Shown: positions 39,145 through 53,344 of the stretch, piece by piece
Position numbering within the stretch: position 1 is the first letter of the stretch
How the letters are laid out: each line of letters begins with the position of its first letter
Assembly: GCF_037042905.1 (NCBI RefSeq)
Contig: NC_087245.1
Coordinates: 682,001 to 746,000 of the forward strand
DNA from: Lytechinus pictus
Lineage: Eukaryota
DNA: 64,000 nucleotides
Direction: 5' to 3'
Notes under the pieces: generated by a model
Database searches by the model: none
The model's input: the letters and a program-made list of their open reading frames with translations, nothing else
Told to the model about the DNA's origin: nothing
Program-made: the position numbers and the translations under genes

Positions 39145-40289
39145 GTAATTTATTTTGTTGTCTTCCTCACTCTTGTTTTGGGAATGGGAACACCCCTGCT
39201 TACCTTGGTGATATCATTCAGAGAAACACATGTAAAATCCAAGACCTGTAGTGATGTAATTTTTGGGAAAATGGCACAAAATTGTTGAACAACCTTCTCC
39301 ATGATATCAGATCAATACAGACAGATTCAAATCTGTATTAGAAAGATACCTTTTTAAAAAGCAGCTGTATTAGCCCTACAAAAAAATTTAAACAAATCTT
39401 CCACACATATAAAGACTATTTATATGGTATTGTGCGTCTCTAAGAACTATTATGATTATGTAGTAACTAGTAGAAAATGCAGATAATTTCATGCTTACAA
39501 GTCTCTTAATCATGCGTTGAAATCATGTAAGCCATACAAATCTCTTTACTTGGATAAATTTAGGTTTATCTACTTAATGTACACCTCACCACAAATAGAG
39601 AGTCAACATTGAATATTGTTGTAATATTATATAGTGAATATTCAGGGGGAAAATTTGCTAAATTGAGATTGGCATCATCATGGTTTGACCTGTAAATCCC
39701 TAAATTTAGCATATATGCTCACATAGTGATGTTTCCAGTTATGATTGTTGTTAATGGCTGTAATATACCTCCACCCCAAATAATACTGAAGATTGATAGC
39801 AAGTTTTATTCCTTCTTTAGAAATATTATTGAATGCTTCATCAAACGTTAACCAGGTTTCTTATTCAGGAAGACTTGTTTTACATAATTTCTGTGACATA
39901 TTTGATATTAGCTATTCAAAATACCACAATTTTCAGTAGCTAATAACAGGAATATTATTATGCTAGTGATATTATTTGAGTCTAATGTAGAATGCAAGAA
40001 AACATGAATATCTTGACTAAATCATTACTTTCTTTTCCAAAACCAGATACTTGTTAATATCTGTTCATCTGAAGTTTGCTACCAAACATCAAATTTCAAC
40101 AATTGACCAATTTAGGGGTTCCAAACTTCCAATAATGATTTTTTTTACTAATGGTTTGATCTGACAACTTTTCATGTTCTTTATTGGTTCAGAATCATAA
40201 GGGAATGTCAAATAATGATTTTCATAAAGTGGTCCCAGGCTTCTACATACAAAGTTTTAACCAAGCTCTCTGTTTTATTACTGCTGTAG

Positions 40290-40469
40290 GATCTTGGAGC
40301 AAAGACAACGAGCAGTAACAAGCAGATCTTTGAGACCGCTGACACCATCTTCTTGGCCACCAAACCAAACTTAGTTGGCACTGTCATCAAAGAAATAGCT
40401 CCGTTTTTAACAAGAGATCATATCTTCATATCCTTGCCTGCTGGTATCTCATTAGATTATCTAGAAAGT
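40290..40469 (+). CDS. PYCR3: PYCR exon 3
   Basis: DLGAKTTSSNKQIFETADTIFLATKPNLVGTVIKEIAPFLTRDHIFISLPAGISLDYLES; gtaag donor. Confidence 0.92.
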
Positions 40470-40686
40470 GTAAGATCAGTTTAATAGAATTGAAATAAGA
40501 ATGGAATGTAGTTGATTGATTGCAGTGTACATGTAGGCTAGATTCATACAAGAGTGGGTATACATTGTAAAATGATGGTCTCCTTAGGCCTTCATTTGGC
40601 TTGACAGATTTTTTTAACCCCGTCCCCTTCTCTGATAAATCCTGGATCTGCCCCGGAGACATAAAAAAATATTCTGATGATTAACC

Positions 40687-40890
40687 TGGGGATGTTTCAT
40701 GAAGCTTTATGTGTGAGTCGCACTTAACTTCTTACTTGTGTCCGGGGAAGGAGGCCTTCTTCACCGCATTGGTCAAATCGCGTTAGATACGCAATAATGC
40801 GTAATAATCAATTAGATTGCACGTTATATATAATGTGCACATGAGAATTTGAGCTGACTATATATGTAAGTGACACGTACAGTTGTAACT
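40687..40890. mobile_element. degenerate Harbinger-like MITE (same family as 50237-50448)
   Basis: CTGGGGATGTTTCATGAAG...CTTTATGAAACTTCCCCCAG; shared GAGTCGCACTTAA and GCATTGGTCA motifs. Confidence 0.6.
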
Positions 40891-41777
40891 CTTTATGAAA
40901 CTTCCCCCAGATGAAATTATTCTTGAATTCATTTGATCTGTGTAATGAGGACTAATAAATTGTAAGAGAAATCCAACTAATGCAGGATCCAGAAGTTATT
41001 TATTTCTAACTGCACTTCATTATAATAAGCTTTACATAGTATAGGGCACCTTTTTGAAAATATCAACTTAAATAACTGAGTTTCTAGAACATGTAAGTTA
41101 AAGCTTTGTATACTTGTTTAATATGATAATATGAAAAGACTAAATTTGCACAAGAATGGTTTGCATGAAATTTGAATATTATAAATTCAAAATTATATTC
41201 TCATGTTGGTATGGATGTTTCAATTTCCATTTTTTTTTCTTTATTACAAATCCGGAGATTGTAAGAATTTTTTTTTTTTAGTATAATCATCATTAATCTG
41301 TAAAGAAAAAATAATTCATTATCTACATAATACAAAGAAAAAATGACACTAAATTTTGATGTTTGATAATGTTACTACATCAATTTATAAGATACAGCCA
41401 TACAAGCATATGATGATCATTAAAATGAATGCAAGGTCATCTCAAGAAACTTGGGCCAGGTTTCTCCAATTCATTAAAATCATCGGATAAAACAATCTGT
41501 AATATAATGTCATATATAGGGAATTCTGGAAAGAAAAATAAAATGAACATTGAAATATAAAAATAGTACTTAATTGGAAAATATTTTGAAAGAACATATT
41601 GATGACCAAAATACAGGCTGTGTAATTATAGCACAATCAAGGTAGTACATGTATTTACAATATATACCAAATCAATTGTCATCAGTAAAAGGAGTGCTAT
41701 TTTATTTGAAAAAAAAATAGCAGCATGATTTTTCTTTCAGGAAATATTGATATCTTTGTTTAATTCTGTATCTTCAG

Positions 41778-41990
41778 AACCTACCAGAGAAGTCAAGGGT
41801 TGTACGAGCCATGCCCAATACACCAACTATCATACAACAGGGTGCTACTGTCTTTGCTTGCGGATCTCACATCAAAGAGGGCGACAATCGCTTGATTCAT
41901 TCTCTATTCTCCAAATTAGGAATCTGTATCGAGGGTGATGAGAGTATTATTGATGCAGCTATGGCTGTCAGTGGATGTGGACCTGCCTAT
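41778..41990 (+). CDS. PYCR3: PYCR exon 4
   Basis: NLPEKSRVVRAMPNTP...AVSGCGPAY; gtgagt donor. Confidence 0.95.
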
Positions 41991-42238
41991 GTGAGTTATT
42001 TGTTTATTTAGGGACATTTACAAGCTCAACCTAAATACTGATGTATAGTGAGCCCCAACATTGCAACATAATAATATTAGCATATAATGAGAGCTAACAT
42101 AATTCATCTGTATTCATCGCATAATTTATGCTACTTGTAAAATATTTTGATTACGTTTGTCTTTTAATAGAATGAAAATCAGAAATTTCATATGTGCTCT
42201 CTAATGCATACAGTCACTTCTGAATTCTGATGGATGTT

Positions 42239-45200
42239 CATACTTGCCAACCATCCCGATTTTGGCGGAATCCCGATTTTTTATTGCCAATTCCGTATTA
42301 CGAATTTCAATCCCATAATTCTGATTTTCATTAATTTTTACATTGATAATATTGAAAAAACGGCTGGAGCGAAGGTTAGACAAAGCTGAAGCTTGCGGGC
42401 ACCTGGATATCGCGATATCCCAAATAGCATTATTTTTCCACCAACTGAACACACTCTTGTACGTAGTTTTTTACTTTGCCTATCTCACATGGCGCGCACA
42501 TTGCAGAAGCGCGTGCAAACACTGCTAGGGCGACAACACGTGTAAAGACAATGCATGCTGCGACGTCGCGATACCGCGCTGCATGCATTAAGCAAGTGCA
42601 TAATACGTGTGCAAACGTAAGATCCAGCTCAACGATCGTCGGTCTAATGCTAATGGCCAAAGGATATAGTTTTTCCGTGGAATTTTAAAGCCAAAAATTA
42701 CAAATTTAGTGTGTGGAAAGTGGATACCGTCGCCAATGCATCGTTTGGATTGTGAATGTGATTCCGATCGTTATAGTTTATACAGACAGTGCAGTGGGCA
42801 GTACAACACAGTGACAGTGAAGACCCTGGGAGATCCGGCACGCTTCGCGGCCGCGGCACGCTTTGCGGGCCGGAGCTCCCTGGGTTATGACAGTGAGTAC
42901 CGTACCGGTGCATTTGCAATTGCATAGATACTAAGTTCATGTGTAAGTTACATGTGCATTTAGACTGTTGAATGAATGAATGAATGAATCTTTATTTCGT
43001 TTCAATTCCGATATCAAACAACAACGATAACAACGGTAAATTATTGGGATACAAGTAAATAGCAAAGAACAAAAGTAAATAATTACAGGATAATATACAT
43101 AATACATGCACTACTTTTTATGGAACATTAGTAACACCCATGAGAACAGATGGAAATGAATCGTGGTGACCTACTAAGAAGCTTAGCTTGTGGGCCATAG
43201 GCCACCAGAATGTTAAAACCTTATATTAGCAATCATTTTAAAACATCATAGAACAAGCAAACAAAAAGTTGGAGTAAATAACCAAAGTACAGATATACAT
43301 ATTTACAAAAGATACACTAAAAAGTAACAAAAAGGTGAAATGCAGAATGCAAACATTCTATTAGACTTAAAGTACATGTATAAGAATCTGAAATTCGAAA
43401 AGAAGAAAAGAGGAAACTATAAAGAAAATAGGCAGAGCTCAATTTTTGCATAGATAACTGTGGGAAGAATACAATTTATAAAGTTAGACGAGATATAACA
43501 AGCAGGCATTCGTTTACTGATTTAAGTATTTCTTCAGTAAATCGGTCTTTAACTTGTTTCTAAAAACACTAAGGCTAACTGATTTCTTCAATGAAGAAGG
43601 AAGGGAGTTCCATAATTTTGGCCCTGTATAAACGAATGTATTTAGCCGAAAACTAGTTTTGACCAATGGCAAGTGGAGAAAAGAAACTTGTCTTGTATAG
43701 TAAGAATGGATTTGGTCATTTCTAACACATAATTTATCAAGGGCAAGTGGAAGTTCTCTTTTATTTAATTGATACATAATGCAACCAAGGTTGAGATCAA
43801 ATATGTCATGTAAATTAGGGAACTTGTTTTCATAAAACAAAATATTTGTGTGAGATCGTGAACTTACTCCACATACTAGTCTAATTACCCTTTTCTGGAC
43901 TTTAAATAACCCATCTAAATGAACTTTAGCAGCGTTACCCCAGGCAAGGATGCAATAATTCAAGTAAGGCAAAATGAGAGTTGAGTACAACATGCATAAA
44001 ATATTTTTTGGGAATATACTCTTCAATGAATTAATGACTCCTGAATTTCTGGAAAGAAGTTTACATAAATAAGATATGTGAACTTTCCAATTCAGCTTAC
44101 TATCAATGTGTACCCCAAGGAATTTTGTACTCAAGACTTCAGTAATCTGAACATCACTGATTGTAATATTATCTGGCAATGTTGCTAGGGTGTTGCTGAA
44201 TAACATGTAGTTTGTTTTAACAAGATTTAAGGAAAGCCTGTTAGCAATGATCCATTCGTTAACAGAAATCAATTCTGAATTGATAGTTTGCAATAAATTG
44301 CAGGGGTTCTTTCCAGAAAAAAATATGCTTGAGTCATCTGCAAACAGGATAAATGAAAGGATTTTTTATGACTGAGGGAAAGCATTAATATATATGAGAA
44401 ATAAGATAGGTCCAAGGAGTGAACCTTGTGGCACTCCACATGTAATTGACTGCATAGAAGACTTAACACCATTTAAAAATACAAACTGTTTTCTATCAGA
44501 GAGGTAGCTCTTGAACCACTCCAAAGCCTTACCCCGGAATCCATAGAAAGATAGTTTATACAAAAGGATGTCATGGTCAATCGTGTCGAAGGCTTTGGAG
44601 TAGTCCAGGAATATACCGACAGTATGTAGCCCATTATCTTTTGCGGAAGAAATTTTGTCAATAAAATGTAACAGAGCATGAGAGGTAGTAAGTTTTTCAC
44701 GAAAACCAAATTGTTCAGGAGCGAGAATATTATTAATTTTCAAAAATTTCATAACACGAACAGAAATTATCTTTTCAAGAATTTTAGAAAAACATGTAAG
44801 AAGAGAGATGGGCCGGTAATTTCCAACTTCCTGAGGGTTTACCTTTTTGTAAATCGGCACAACTTTGGCTATCTTCATACTCAAAGGAACGGTTCCATAT
44901 ACAATAGATAAATTGAATATATGAGTAATAGGAGAAACAATAACATCAATAACTTCTTTAATAAGCTTATTAGATAGGCCATCATACCCAGCAGCCTTAT
45001 TTGTTTTCAAATTATGAACAATGTCAATCACTTCCTTTTCAACGACAGGAGTAAAGAAACATGAACAGGGAAGTCGATTACCAAGGTAATCATGGAAGAG
45101 TTTTTGACTTGCGGGAAGACTAGATGACAATTTATTTCCTATTGATGAGAAGAATTGATTACAAGCGTTACTCATTTGTACATGATCTTCAGTCAAAACC

Positions 45201-46188
45201 CCATCTACTAAAAGTTTAGAGGGACCCTGACTCTTTTGTTTTGAATTTAGCGTTTGTCTTATAATTTTCCAGGTTCCCTTCATATCTTTGAAGACTGACT
45301 TAAACTTTTCATCATAATATGATTTTTTAGCATCTCGTAGTAAAGATGTTAAAATATTCCTATAGCAAGAGTATTTCTGCTTCGCTCCTAATGTTCTCCT
45401 TAGTTTAAACTTACAAAATAGTTTATTTTTCTTGTTGATACATTTCAATAAAGATTTGGATACCCAAGGCATCTGAGGATATTTTCTTCTATCTTTTTGT
45501 TTCTTGCTTAGGAGAGGGAAATTCTTTTCATATAGAGTTGTCAACAATTCAAGAAATTTACTGTAAGCTATTTCAACGTCAGACTTATTTAAGACAACAC
45601 TCCAATCGGTTGCATATAAATCACACTTGAATCTTTGCATATTTTCAAAGCCAAAATTACGAGAAAAAATATTTTCATTCATATTCCTTGAGTTTTTTAT
45701 ACTTAATGGAAAAGAAGCAATTACTGGAAAGTGTTACTAGTAGTCTGTTTTCATGAAATAAAGTAAAACATTAGCAAACCCAAAATTAATCAGAAATACA
45801 AGAAGGAGTATTCTGAGAAATATCCAGTTATTTCACTTCTATCAATCTCATCCAAATTTTCATTCAGGATATATCCAGTTAGTACAATAATGTAATGGAA
45901 ATATAGATCTACATGTCTACAAATTTGGTACAATTTCATGAAAGGAATCCTGTTGATTTTCCTGTTTCATGCTTCATTACACTGGGACAATATTAAGATT
46001 TTTTCTTTGTGGACAGGTAAAAGGCACTTCAAAAGTGAAGGAAAACCCCCATTTCACGTTTTAAAATTCCAAAATTTCTAACCGTGGGCGTGGCAGGGGG
46101 GTACCCCCACACCCCCTGCAAAATGTCACACGTCGTTACTCTGAAAAATGGATTCCTCTTTTTTTTTCTTCTAAAGTTGGCAAGTATG
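42239..46188. mobile_element. non-autonomous DNA transposon (CATACTTGCCAAC TIR, 7-bp TSD) hosting a nested LINE
   Basis: CATACTTGCCAAC at 42239 and GTTGGCAAGTATG ending 46188; GGATGTT duplicated at 42232-42238 and 46189-46195. Confidence 0.8.
42969..45740 (-). mobile_element. young 5'-truncated LINE (CR1/L2 group) with nearly intact RT ORF
   Basis: ORFs 44366-45682 and 43514-44293 are in the same frame, separated by one TAA just before FADD; truncated at the APE C-terminal HFPVI; 3' UTR hairpin, AATAAA and (ATTC)n tail; possible imperfect TSD TAGACTGTT/TAGTCTGTT. Confidence 0.95.
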
Positions 46189-46639
46189 GGATGTTTCATG
46201 AAAGTTGTCATCACCGACTTAAATTGTCCTTTATTGCCCTGAAGAATAATTGTTGAATTGATCTCAGCTATAGTCAGATGGAGTATAAAGAAAAAGTGAT
46301 TCTTACTCCATATAACCTTCCTAAATAACACACATTGAGATTTAGATTTACACTGTGACATAATGACATCATTGCAAGGCACTGTACATACATGTATGTC
46401 CTATCTACTTGTTATTTGTATTTTTGCTTGCATTACGTCATCACAAGTACCTGTATCAGTAACGATATTTGTCAAGTGTGATCTAACATGCTTTATGGGT
46501 AGTCAATGACTATGATGACATGTGTGTAACCATTTGACTGGGATAGATAGAGTTCTCATCTACAAAATCCCTATAGATATTCACTTATCAATCATTCATA
46601 TTGATGTTCTATTGTGTTTTGTGTTCATATATCTCACAG

Positions 46640-46732
46640 GCATATGTTGCAATTGATGCACTTGCTGATGGAGGAGTCAAGATGGGTCTTCCTAGGGATA
46701 TTGCCATCAAGTTAGCTGCACAAACTTTATTA
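46640..46732 (+). CDS. PYCR3: PYCR exon 5
   Basis: [31 protein letters not shown]; gtgagt donor. Confidence 0.95.
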
Positions 46733-46889
46733 GTGAGTAATGTGTCAGTTTAAAAAGAAAATAACTATGAATACAAGTTTATTCTAAATTTGAATTGATT
46801 CAGCAAAATATTTAAAAGATGATTATTTCACATATAATTCATGAGTAATAATAGTTTATGATGATGAAGCAGGCGATTAAATAGAATCA

Positions 46890-47777
46890 GAGAAATTCAG
46901 CCCCCCCCCCCCCCATGATCTCGGCCATCGATCGCGTGATCGCGACAAAAATTGACACCCGCATAACCCATGGTATAAACTATCGGATGAAATTCTGCAA
47001 AAAATCTCATTGCTAATTAATTATGCTATCGTTTAAATCAAAATTTGCTTTAATTATCTAAACAATGCCCCTGAAATGGTAAATTTTGGTTCACAGATTC
47101 TTTATAGGAATCTGATCTAATGAACTTTAATGAATTTTGGCTAAAAACACTATTTGCATTGGATTTGTACACAAATTGATGTTTTTAGCAATTTTTGGTC
47201 TGCATGGTCGAACAACATGTTGTGCAATTCAGAAACACGAACCTGGGATTCACAATTTTGGTCTCAAAAGTTGCGCGAGACTTGAAAGTAAAAAGTCAGC
47301 AAGTGACGCGTTCAAAAATTTTGTGCAGCGGATTTATCGCAAAAAATGTCGACGTTGAGCTGAATCAGCCCCTCCCCCGCCCCCCAGTCTTATTAGGATT
47401 GATTTAGTTGTTAAATGGTCTGTGATAATTTCCATTGAAAAAAAACATTGAATAAAACACTGAAAAAGCAAAGAAATACATACAAAATTCCAAAAACAAA
47501 GATATACATGAGGAAAAATTTGGCTTTCGCCATTTTCAATAAGATAACAAAGATGAAATCTGAGAAAAAGAATGAAAATTTGAAGTGAAATTGGGTGTTA
47601 AAAATATGCAAATAATGTTTTTCATGAATAAATTTGCATATTTTATTCATAATAGTGCCAAATTTCAACGCAATCGCGCGAACTGCGGCCGAGATCAGAA
47701 GAGGGGAAGGCCATGATGCCCCCCCCCCCCCCCCCCCCGTCAATACAACTCAAATAGCCCAGTCCTTTTAGGGTTAA
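46890..47777. mobile_element. piggyBac-like non-autonomous fragments
   Basis: Ends AGGG|TTAA at ~47777; segment 46900-46960 is roughly inverted at 47660-47730; left terminus not found. Confidence 0.5.
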
Positions 47778-47897
47778 GCAGTGACTTGCACATCCATTTA
47801 TGTACAACGGAATCAAGGAGGCCATTTAGATTTAGAATTTCAAGAACCTGATTTTCATAGTTCAATTCTGATATTTTGGTTTGATCTTTGTTCTCAG

Positions 47898-48101
47898 GGT
47901 TCAGCTAAGATGGTGCTAGGGAGTGGTAAACATCCATCAGAGCTGAAAGATGATGTATGTTCTCCAGGAGGTACAACCATTGATGCTATCCATGAACTTG
48001 AAAGAGGAGGGTTCAGGAGATGTCTTATAGAAGCAGTAGAAGCAGCATGTAACAAAGCTAGGAGACTAAATGATAGTCAGCTTTATTCCACTAAAAAATG
48101 A
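47898..48101 (+). CDS. PYCR3: PYCR exon 6 (terminal)
   Basis: [47 protein letters not shown]...stop. Confidence 0.95.
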   Translation, partial: GSAKMVLGSGKHPSELKDDVCSPGGTTIDAIHELERGGFRRCLIEAVEAACNKARRLNDSQLYSTKK

Positions 48102-50236
48102 TGACACATCTTTATGAGATTCATTACAAAAAACTTCAGAACAGATTTTTGAAAGACAATCAATTTAATTCTTGATTCCATTTAAGGGTGAAAATGAAAG
48201 TTGGTGTAGTCTCATTGACATGACTGTATTCCTGGGCTCCGTCTAACAAAGAGTTGCAATTGATCTGATCAACCACTACTATTGAAAGCCAGCAATGTCA
48301 ACATCTATCATGCATGCTTGTTCAAAATATTTTCTCGAAACGATTTATATTCATACATCCGGTGTTTTCTTGGAAATTCATTGTGCTTCTCTTTGTTTAC
48401 AAAGGACTTTGTGCAAATTTCTTGTAGAAAAAGTAATGACATTGATGGATTTCCATGTAGTTGAGGTTGATCAATCAATCGTATCTCTTAATGAGACTTG
48501 ATCCAGGACTCTGTTTCACTGTGTGTCTTATATTACAGGCCGATAGACATATGGTACCTCAATGCATAATGTATTGAAGGATCCATAAAACAAAGGTTAG
48601 TGATCAATCAAGATCAATATTACATGAATGTTTTGTTCAAATCACTGACCAGGAACCAATCAGAAATGTTCTTTCATAATATAGATATATGGACTGCTTT
48701 GAAAGGCATGGTTGTTTCTAGAGGCTCAAGGGGACCGCAACGCAACTATGCCCGAGGGCTTGGTCTGGCCGATGCAGTACCCGCAAGCCGAAAGAAACAA
48801 CCGTGTCTCGAATATAAAAGCAGTCCATATATATTTTATGAACCGAATTAAATGTTACTGATCAAGGCCTAGGGCCTAGTCTAGATCTAGAGGGTCTAGG
48901 TCTAGATCTTAAACAAGTTAGGCCTAAAACAAAGCCCTAGATCTAGGCCCCAGGCTAACGTTAGGCCTAGGTCTAGGACCTAACTTAGTCCTGCCCCTGA
49001 TGTTAGGTCTCAAAGTCAAATATCAAAGCAGTCCATAGAGGTACTAGGCCTAGATATTTTAGAAACCATTTTCTGGATAGATCTAGATCTAACATTAAAA
49101 ATATTAACAGTCTTAAATTTCCATTAACAAGTTAAGAGTCTAATCTCACATTAGGCCTAACGTTAGATCTCTAGAATACGTCAGATCTAAGATTAAATGG
49201 AACATTAGGCCTAACGTTAGGTCTTACTTTTAGATCTAGATCTAGACTCAAAGTCTACTCGTAACTTCTAAGCTGACGTTAGATCTAACAACAATCAACA
49301 CTACCTAACCCCGGTACCTAACGTTGTCGTTTGTCATACCTAACGAGTAACGTCATGAACATTATAGATCTAGAAAGTGCAGTGACCGTCTTATGATCTT
49401 TTCACCCGACTCACCTTTTGCGAGCATGCATTTGAATGAACAACTGCAACAAGACTTGATGATTGATACATCTGTTATGTCCTTTAATAAGTTAGTTTTC
49501 TTTTCAATAATGCCATATATTTTAACAGGAATTAACAAGCAAAAGTCAAAGATCGGCATCGTTCAATCGATAAGTAATATCCGTTGCGCGCACTTGCGCA
49601 ATAAGCGCGTGAATGCGCGAATTGTCTAAAACTTTCGATCAAATCGCGCGGATATTAATGGTATCCGCAATCACCTCAGAAAGCAACATTTTGCATGCAA
49701 TCAAATGGGGATCTCAGCCAAACTTAGCTATGCCCGTCGTTAAGGGGTGGGTCAGGGGGCAATGGGCAAAAATCTTGTTAACTATGCCCGTTGCCCTTGG
49801 TTACCACCTTCGTTTGTTGCTTTGCAGGCATGGTCATTAACATGACCTCAATTTTGACCAATCAGAGTAACGGATTATTCAACATTCTTAAAGAGAGGTT
49901 CATAATGTCTGTTAATCACTAACCTTTGTGATAGGTCCCTGATATAGCATAATACTCACAATCACTCATTTGTAGAATGCAGAGTGGGTTTGTGACACCT
50001 ACTCTGTGAATGCATATCTTTAAAAAAAAAAACACCAGCCAAGTATTGTGGACAACTTACTGTGTTACATTTATAACCTATTACCACTTTCTGTTTTTCC
50101 CCCCAGCAATGGGACAGTATACCTTGAATCTGAAGCAGTATTCTAGTAATTTTATGAATTCACTGTAGTTCCTTTAAACAAGATATATCTATCTACATGT
50201 ATGTACATGTATGTCTTGCAGGATTTTATCCACCTG

Positions 50237-50448
50237 GGGGGTGTTTCACAAAGATTTAAGTATGACTTAGAGTCGCACTTAAATACCAAGTTGCGTACGG
50301 TATGAAAGGCTTGACAGCATTGGTCAGATCGTGTCATGAGGACGCGCACTACTGCGTGTCTATCAATAAGATCACGCGTTCCATATCATGTACGCGTAGG
50401 CATTTAAGTGCGACTTAAGTCATACTTAAATCTTTGTGAAACACCCCC
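50237..50448. mobile_element. Harbinger/Tourist-like MITE
   Basis: ~48-bp TIR GGGGGTGTTTCACAAAGATTTAAGTATGACTTA; 3-bp TSD CTG. Confidence 0.88.
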
Positions 50449-50449
50449 C

Positions 50450-51140
50450 TGGTCTAATTCTCAGATCATTCAACACTATCATGGCTAAACCCACTTGGTC
50501 TACTAGCAGATGGTCTAGTTCTCAGATCATTCAACACCATCATAGATAAACCCACTTGGTCTATTAGCAGATGGTCTAATTCTCAGATCATTCAACACCA
50601 TCATGGCTAAACCCACTTGGTCTACTAGCAGATGGTCTAATTCTCAGATCATTCAACAATATCATGGCTAAACCCACTTGGTCTACTAGCAGATGGTCTA
50701 ATTCTCAGATCATTCAACACTATCATGGCTAAACCCACTTGGTCTATTAACAGATGGTCTAATTCTCAGATCATTCAACACCATCATGGCTAAACCCACT
50801 TGGTCTACTAGCAGATGGTCTAATTCTCAGATTGTCTAACACCATCATAGATAAACCCACTTGGTCTACTAGCAAATGGTCTAATTCTCAGATTGTCTAA
50901 CACCATCATAGATAAACCGACTTGGTCTACTAGCAGATAGTCTAATTCTCCAATAGTCTAACACCATTATGGCTAAACTCACTTGGTCTACTAGTAGATG
51001 GTCTAATTCTCAGATCATCTAACACCATCATCATGACTAAACCCAACTGATGTACTAGTAAATGGTCTAATCAAAGCTAAACCCAAATGATCTACTAGTA
51101 GATACATGTAGTCTTACACTGTCAAGGCTAAATCCAACTA
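50450..51140. repeat. 61-bp minisatellite, about 10 copies decaying rightwards
   Basis: Unit ATGGTCTAATTCTCAGATCATTCAACACCATCATGGCTAAACCCACTTGGTCTACTAGCAG, head-to-tail with no spacers. Confidence 0.95.
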
Positions 51141-53344
51141 ATCTACTGTCAGTTGGTGTCATAAATGTTTGGCCCTTCACCTTGAATCAATTACTCATAA
51201 CACCAAGGTGTAATTTCCAATTTGTCTACTTAGTATTTTGTAATTTGTCAGATTGTTATTTTATAAACAGTTCTTCTAATCATATATACTTTATAGTGAC
51301 CAATTTTAAAGAAGGTGAATATTAGAAGAAATAGGAATAGCCTGCCTGATAATTGGAGAAAGTGGTAAATGGGCTAAATGGCTATTGAACCAAATGGTTA
51401 TCATAGCACCAGTTTTAGATGGATTAGGATTAGACCATGTGGGATTAGATCAAACAGAAGGATAGATGAAGTGGATATAGATCAAGTTGTAGTGAATATC
51501 ATGCACACCCCTGAACTCGATTTGATCTATATGATTTCTCTCTTGTTATCTGATGAATTTCAAGTTCAGTATAATTAGAAAGGGATATAATGGTGAGATC
51601 TAGATATGTTATTATCAGGGGTAGATTTTCAGTAACTAGATTTCCAGTAACTAGATTTCCATATTGCTTCAACTAAGGCCTCATTGTGACATTGAGGCTT
51701 CCATCAGTTATAGCTCCATTATCATACAGGTTGGCCACTGGATTGAGCAATCTTATCTGTAAATGTAAAATATAGACGTATCAATTATTGACAAATTTCA
51801 TTTTTGTTTTTTTTCCTCAAGAATATATATTTATTTATATGTTTGTCTTGCCTTTGACCCTAAACATTAGTTTATCTGTGAATAGGTTCTCCTGCACAAT
51901 TTATTTCCTGTGCATATCGAACTCTATTTTAAATTTATTTTAACTCTATATCTTAACTTTATCTTCATTGTTTTCTTAAAGAAATCCAACTTGGATGACA
52001 ATATGTTCTTTCTGTAGTAAATTCATTTGTATGTAGAGGATCGCTCTGATATCATTCATAAGATGGAATATCTATGGCCATGTCTTGAATGTTTTAACTT
52101 AACTGTTTTCAATCCTGTTGTATTGCTAATTGGGGATTGTTAATTCTTGTCAAAAATAATGACACAAGGACTATTATTAATTGTCATAATGTTAAAAGTC
52201 TGATTTTTGTAGAAAAAAAATCTTGTTACTAATAGTCATCAGGATCCAAGTTTATTATTTTTCCAAAATGTAATTAGTGTTATATGACCCCCCCCCCCCT
52301 CTCTCTCTCTCCCCTTTCTTTGCTTTATGGGAAAAATTAGATATTTCATTTAGCATAAAATTGGTCATGGAATAAGTTTTATAAATAGTTTTCTGAAACA
52401 GCACCCTTGTGAGCTAAAGGACATTATATCAGTGATCTTCTTACAGAAGGTCTTGGTAACTTGCCTAAGATTATATTTTGTGGAAACTCTAGTCGGTTAG
52501 TAGCAGTCTTGCAGCCATTGGTTTTCAATAAGCCAGTTCACGGTTAGCTCATGATCAACTTTTCTCAAATGACCTTTGTGATTTTTCATTAGGATAAGCA
52601 CTATCATTTTCAAATGTAGATGTTGCGTAAGCTTTACGGTAGAGTATACAAATTCTAAGAACAAAAGGCATTGTATAGACCAGGTGACTAGAATAGTACA
52701 TCAGGGATAAAGTTTGGAAATCTGTTTTATTGTCTGCTTTTGGCACATTTGACTATTGTTTAGGCTACTGTCAAATACCAGTGATTATGAAGGCTCTATT
52801 TATTACTCTTCAGCTTGGATGTGATAAAATGAATATTTTGAAAGGAATACATGAATAATCATCAAATTACAAATGCCTATGTCAGTGAATTTGAAAGCCA
52901 CCTTCATGGCTTATCTCAAATGACCTTTTTCTGCTCGTGCGCAGTTTACAACTGTGAACAGGCTTATATTGCTTTGCTTTATTGATGGTTATCTCATAAT
53001 CAAGCCGATCAGGACAGGTCAGTCTGTTTTATTTAACAGTTACCATAGCAACATATAGTCATAGGCAACTGTTCTTGTAATCCAATCAAAATCAAGGAAG
53101 GTTGTCAGGTGACAAATGTAGAAGAAATGTTCTTTTGATGACATTGTCATTTGTAGCAGACCTTGTTTCTTGTTAAGCTTCTAACCCTTTGATTACCAAT
53201 GTATGTTTTTCCAATAGGATAAGTACAGTGCTCACCCAATGCCTGTGGAGATTGTGTTCATTGTGATTATAACTTTTTTTAGAAGGGGGGTTATAGTTTA
53301 TATTGATCGGGCAAGCATTGCTTATCTCATGGGATATTGATAAG

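Noticed and set aside
50450..51140. Regular repeat array as a possible CRISPR
   Set aside because: Units are head-to-tail with no unique spacers, there are no cas genes, and the context is eukaryotic; it is a minisatellite
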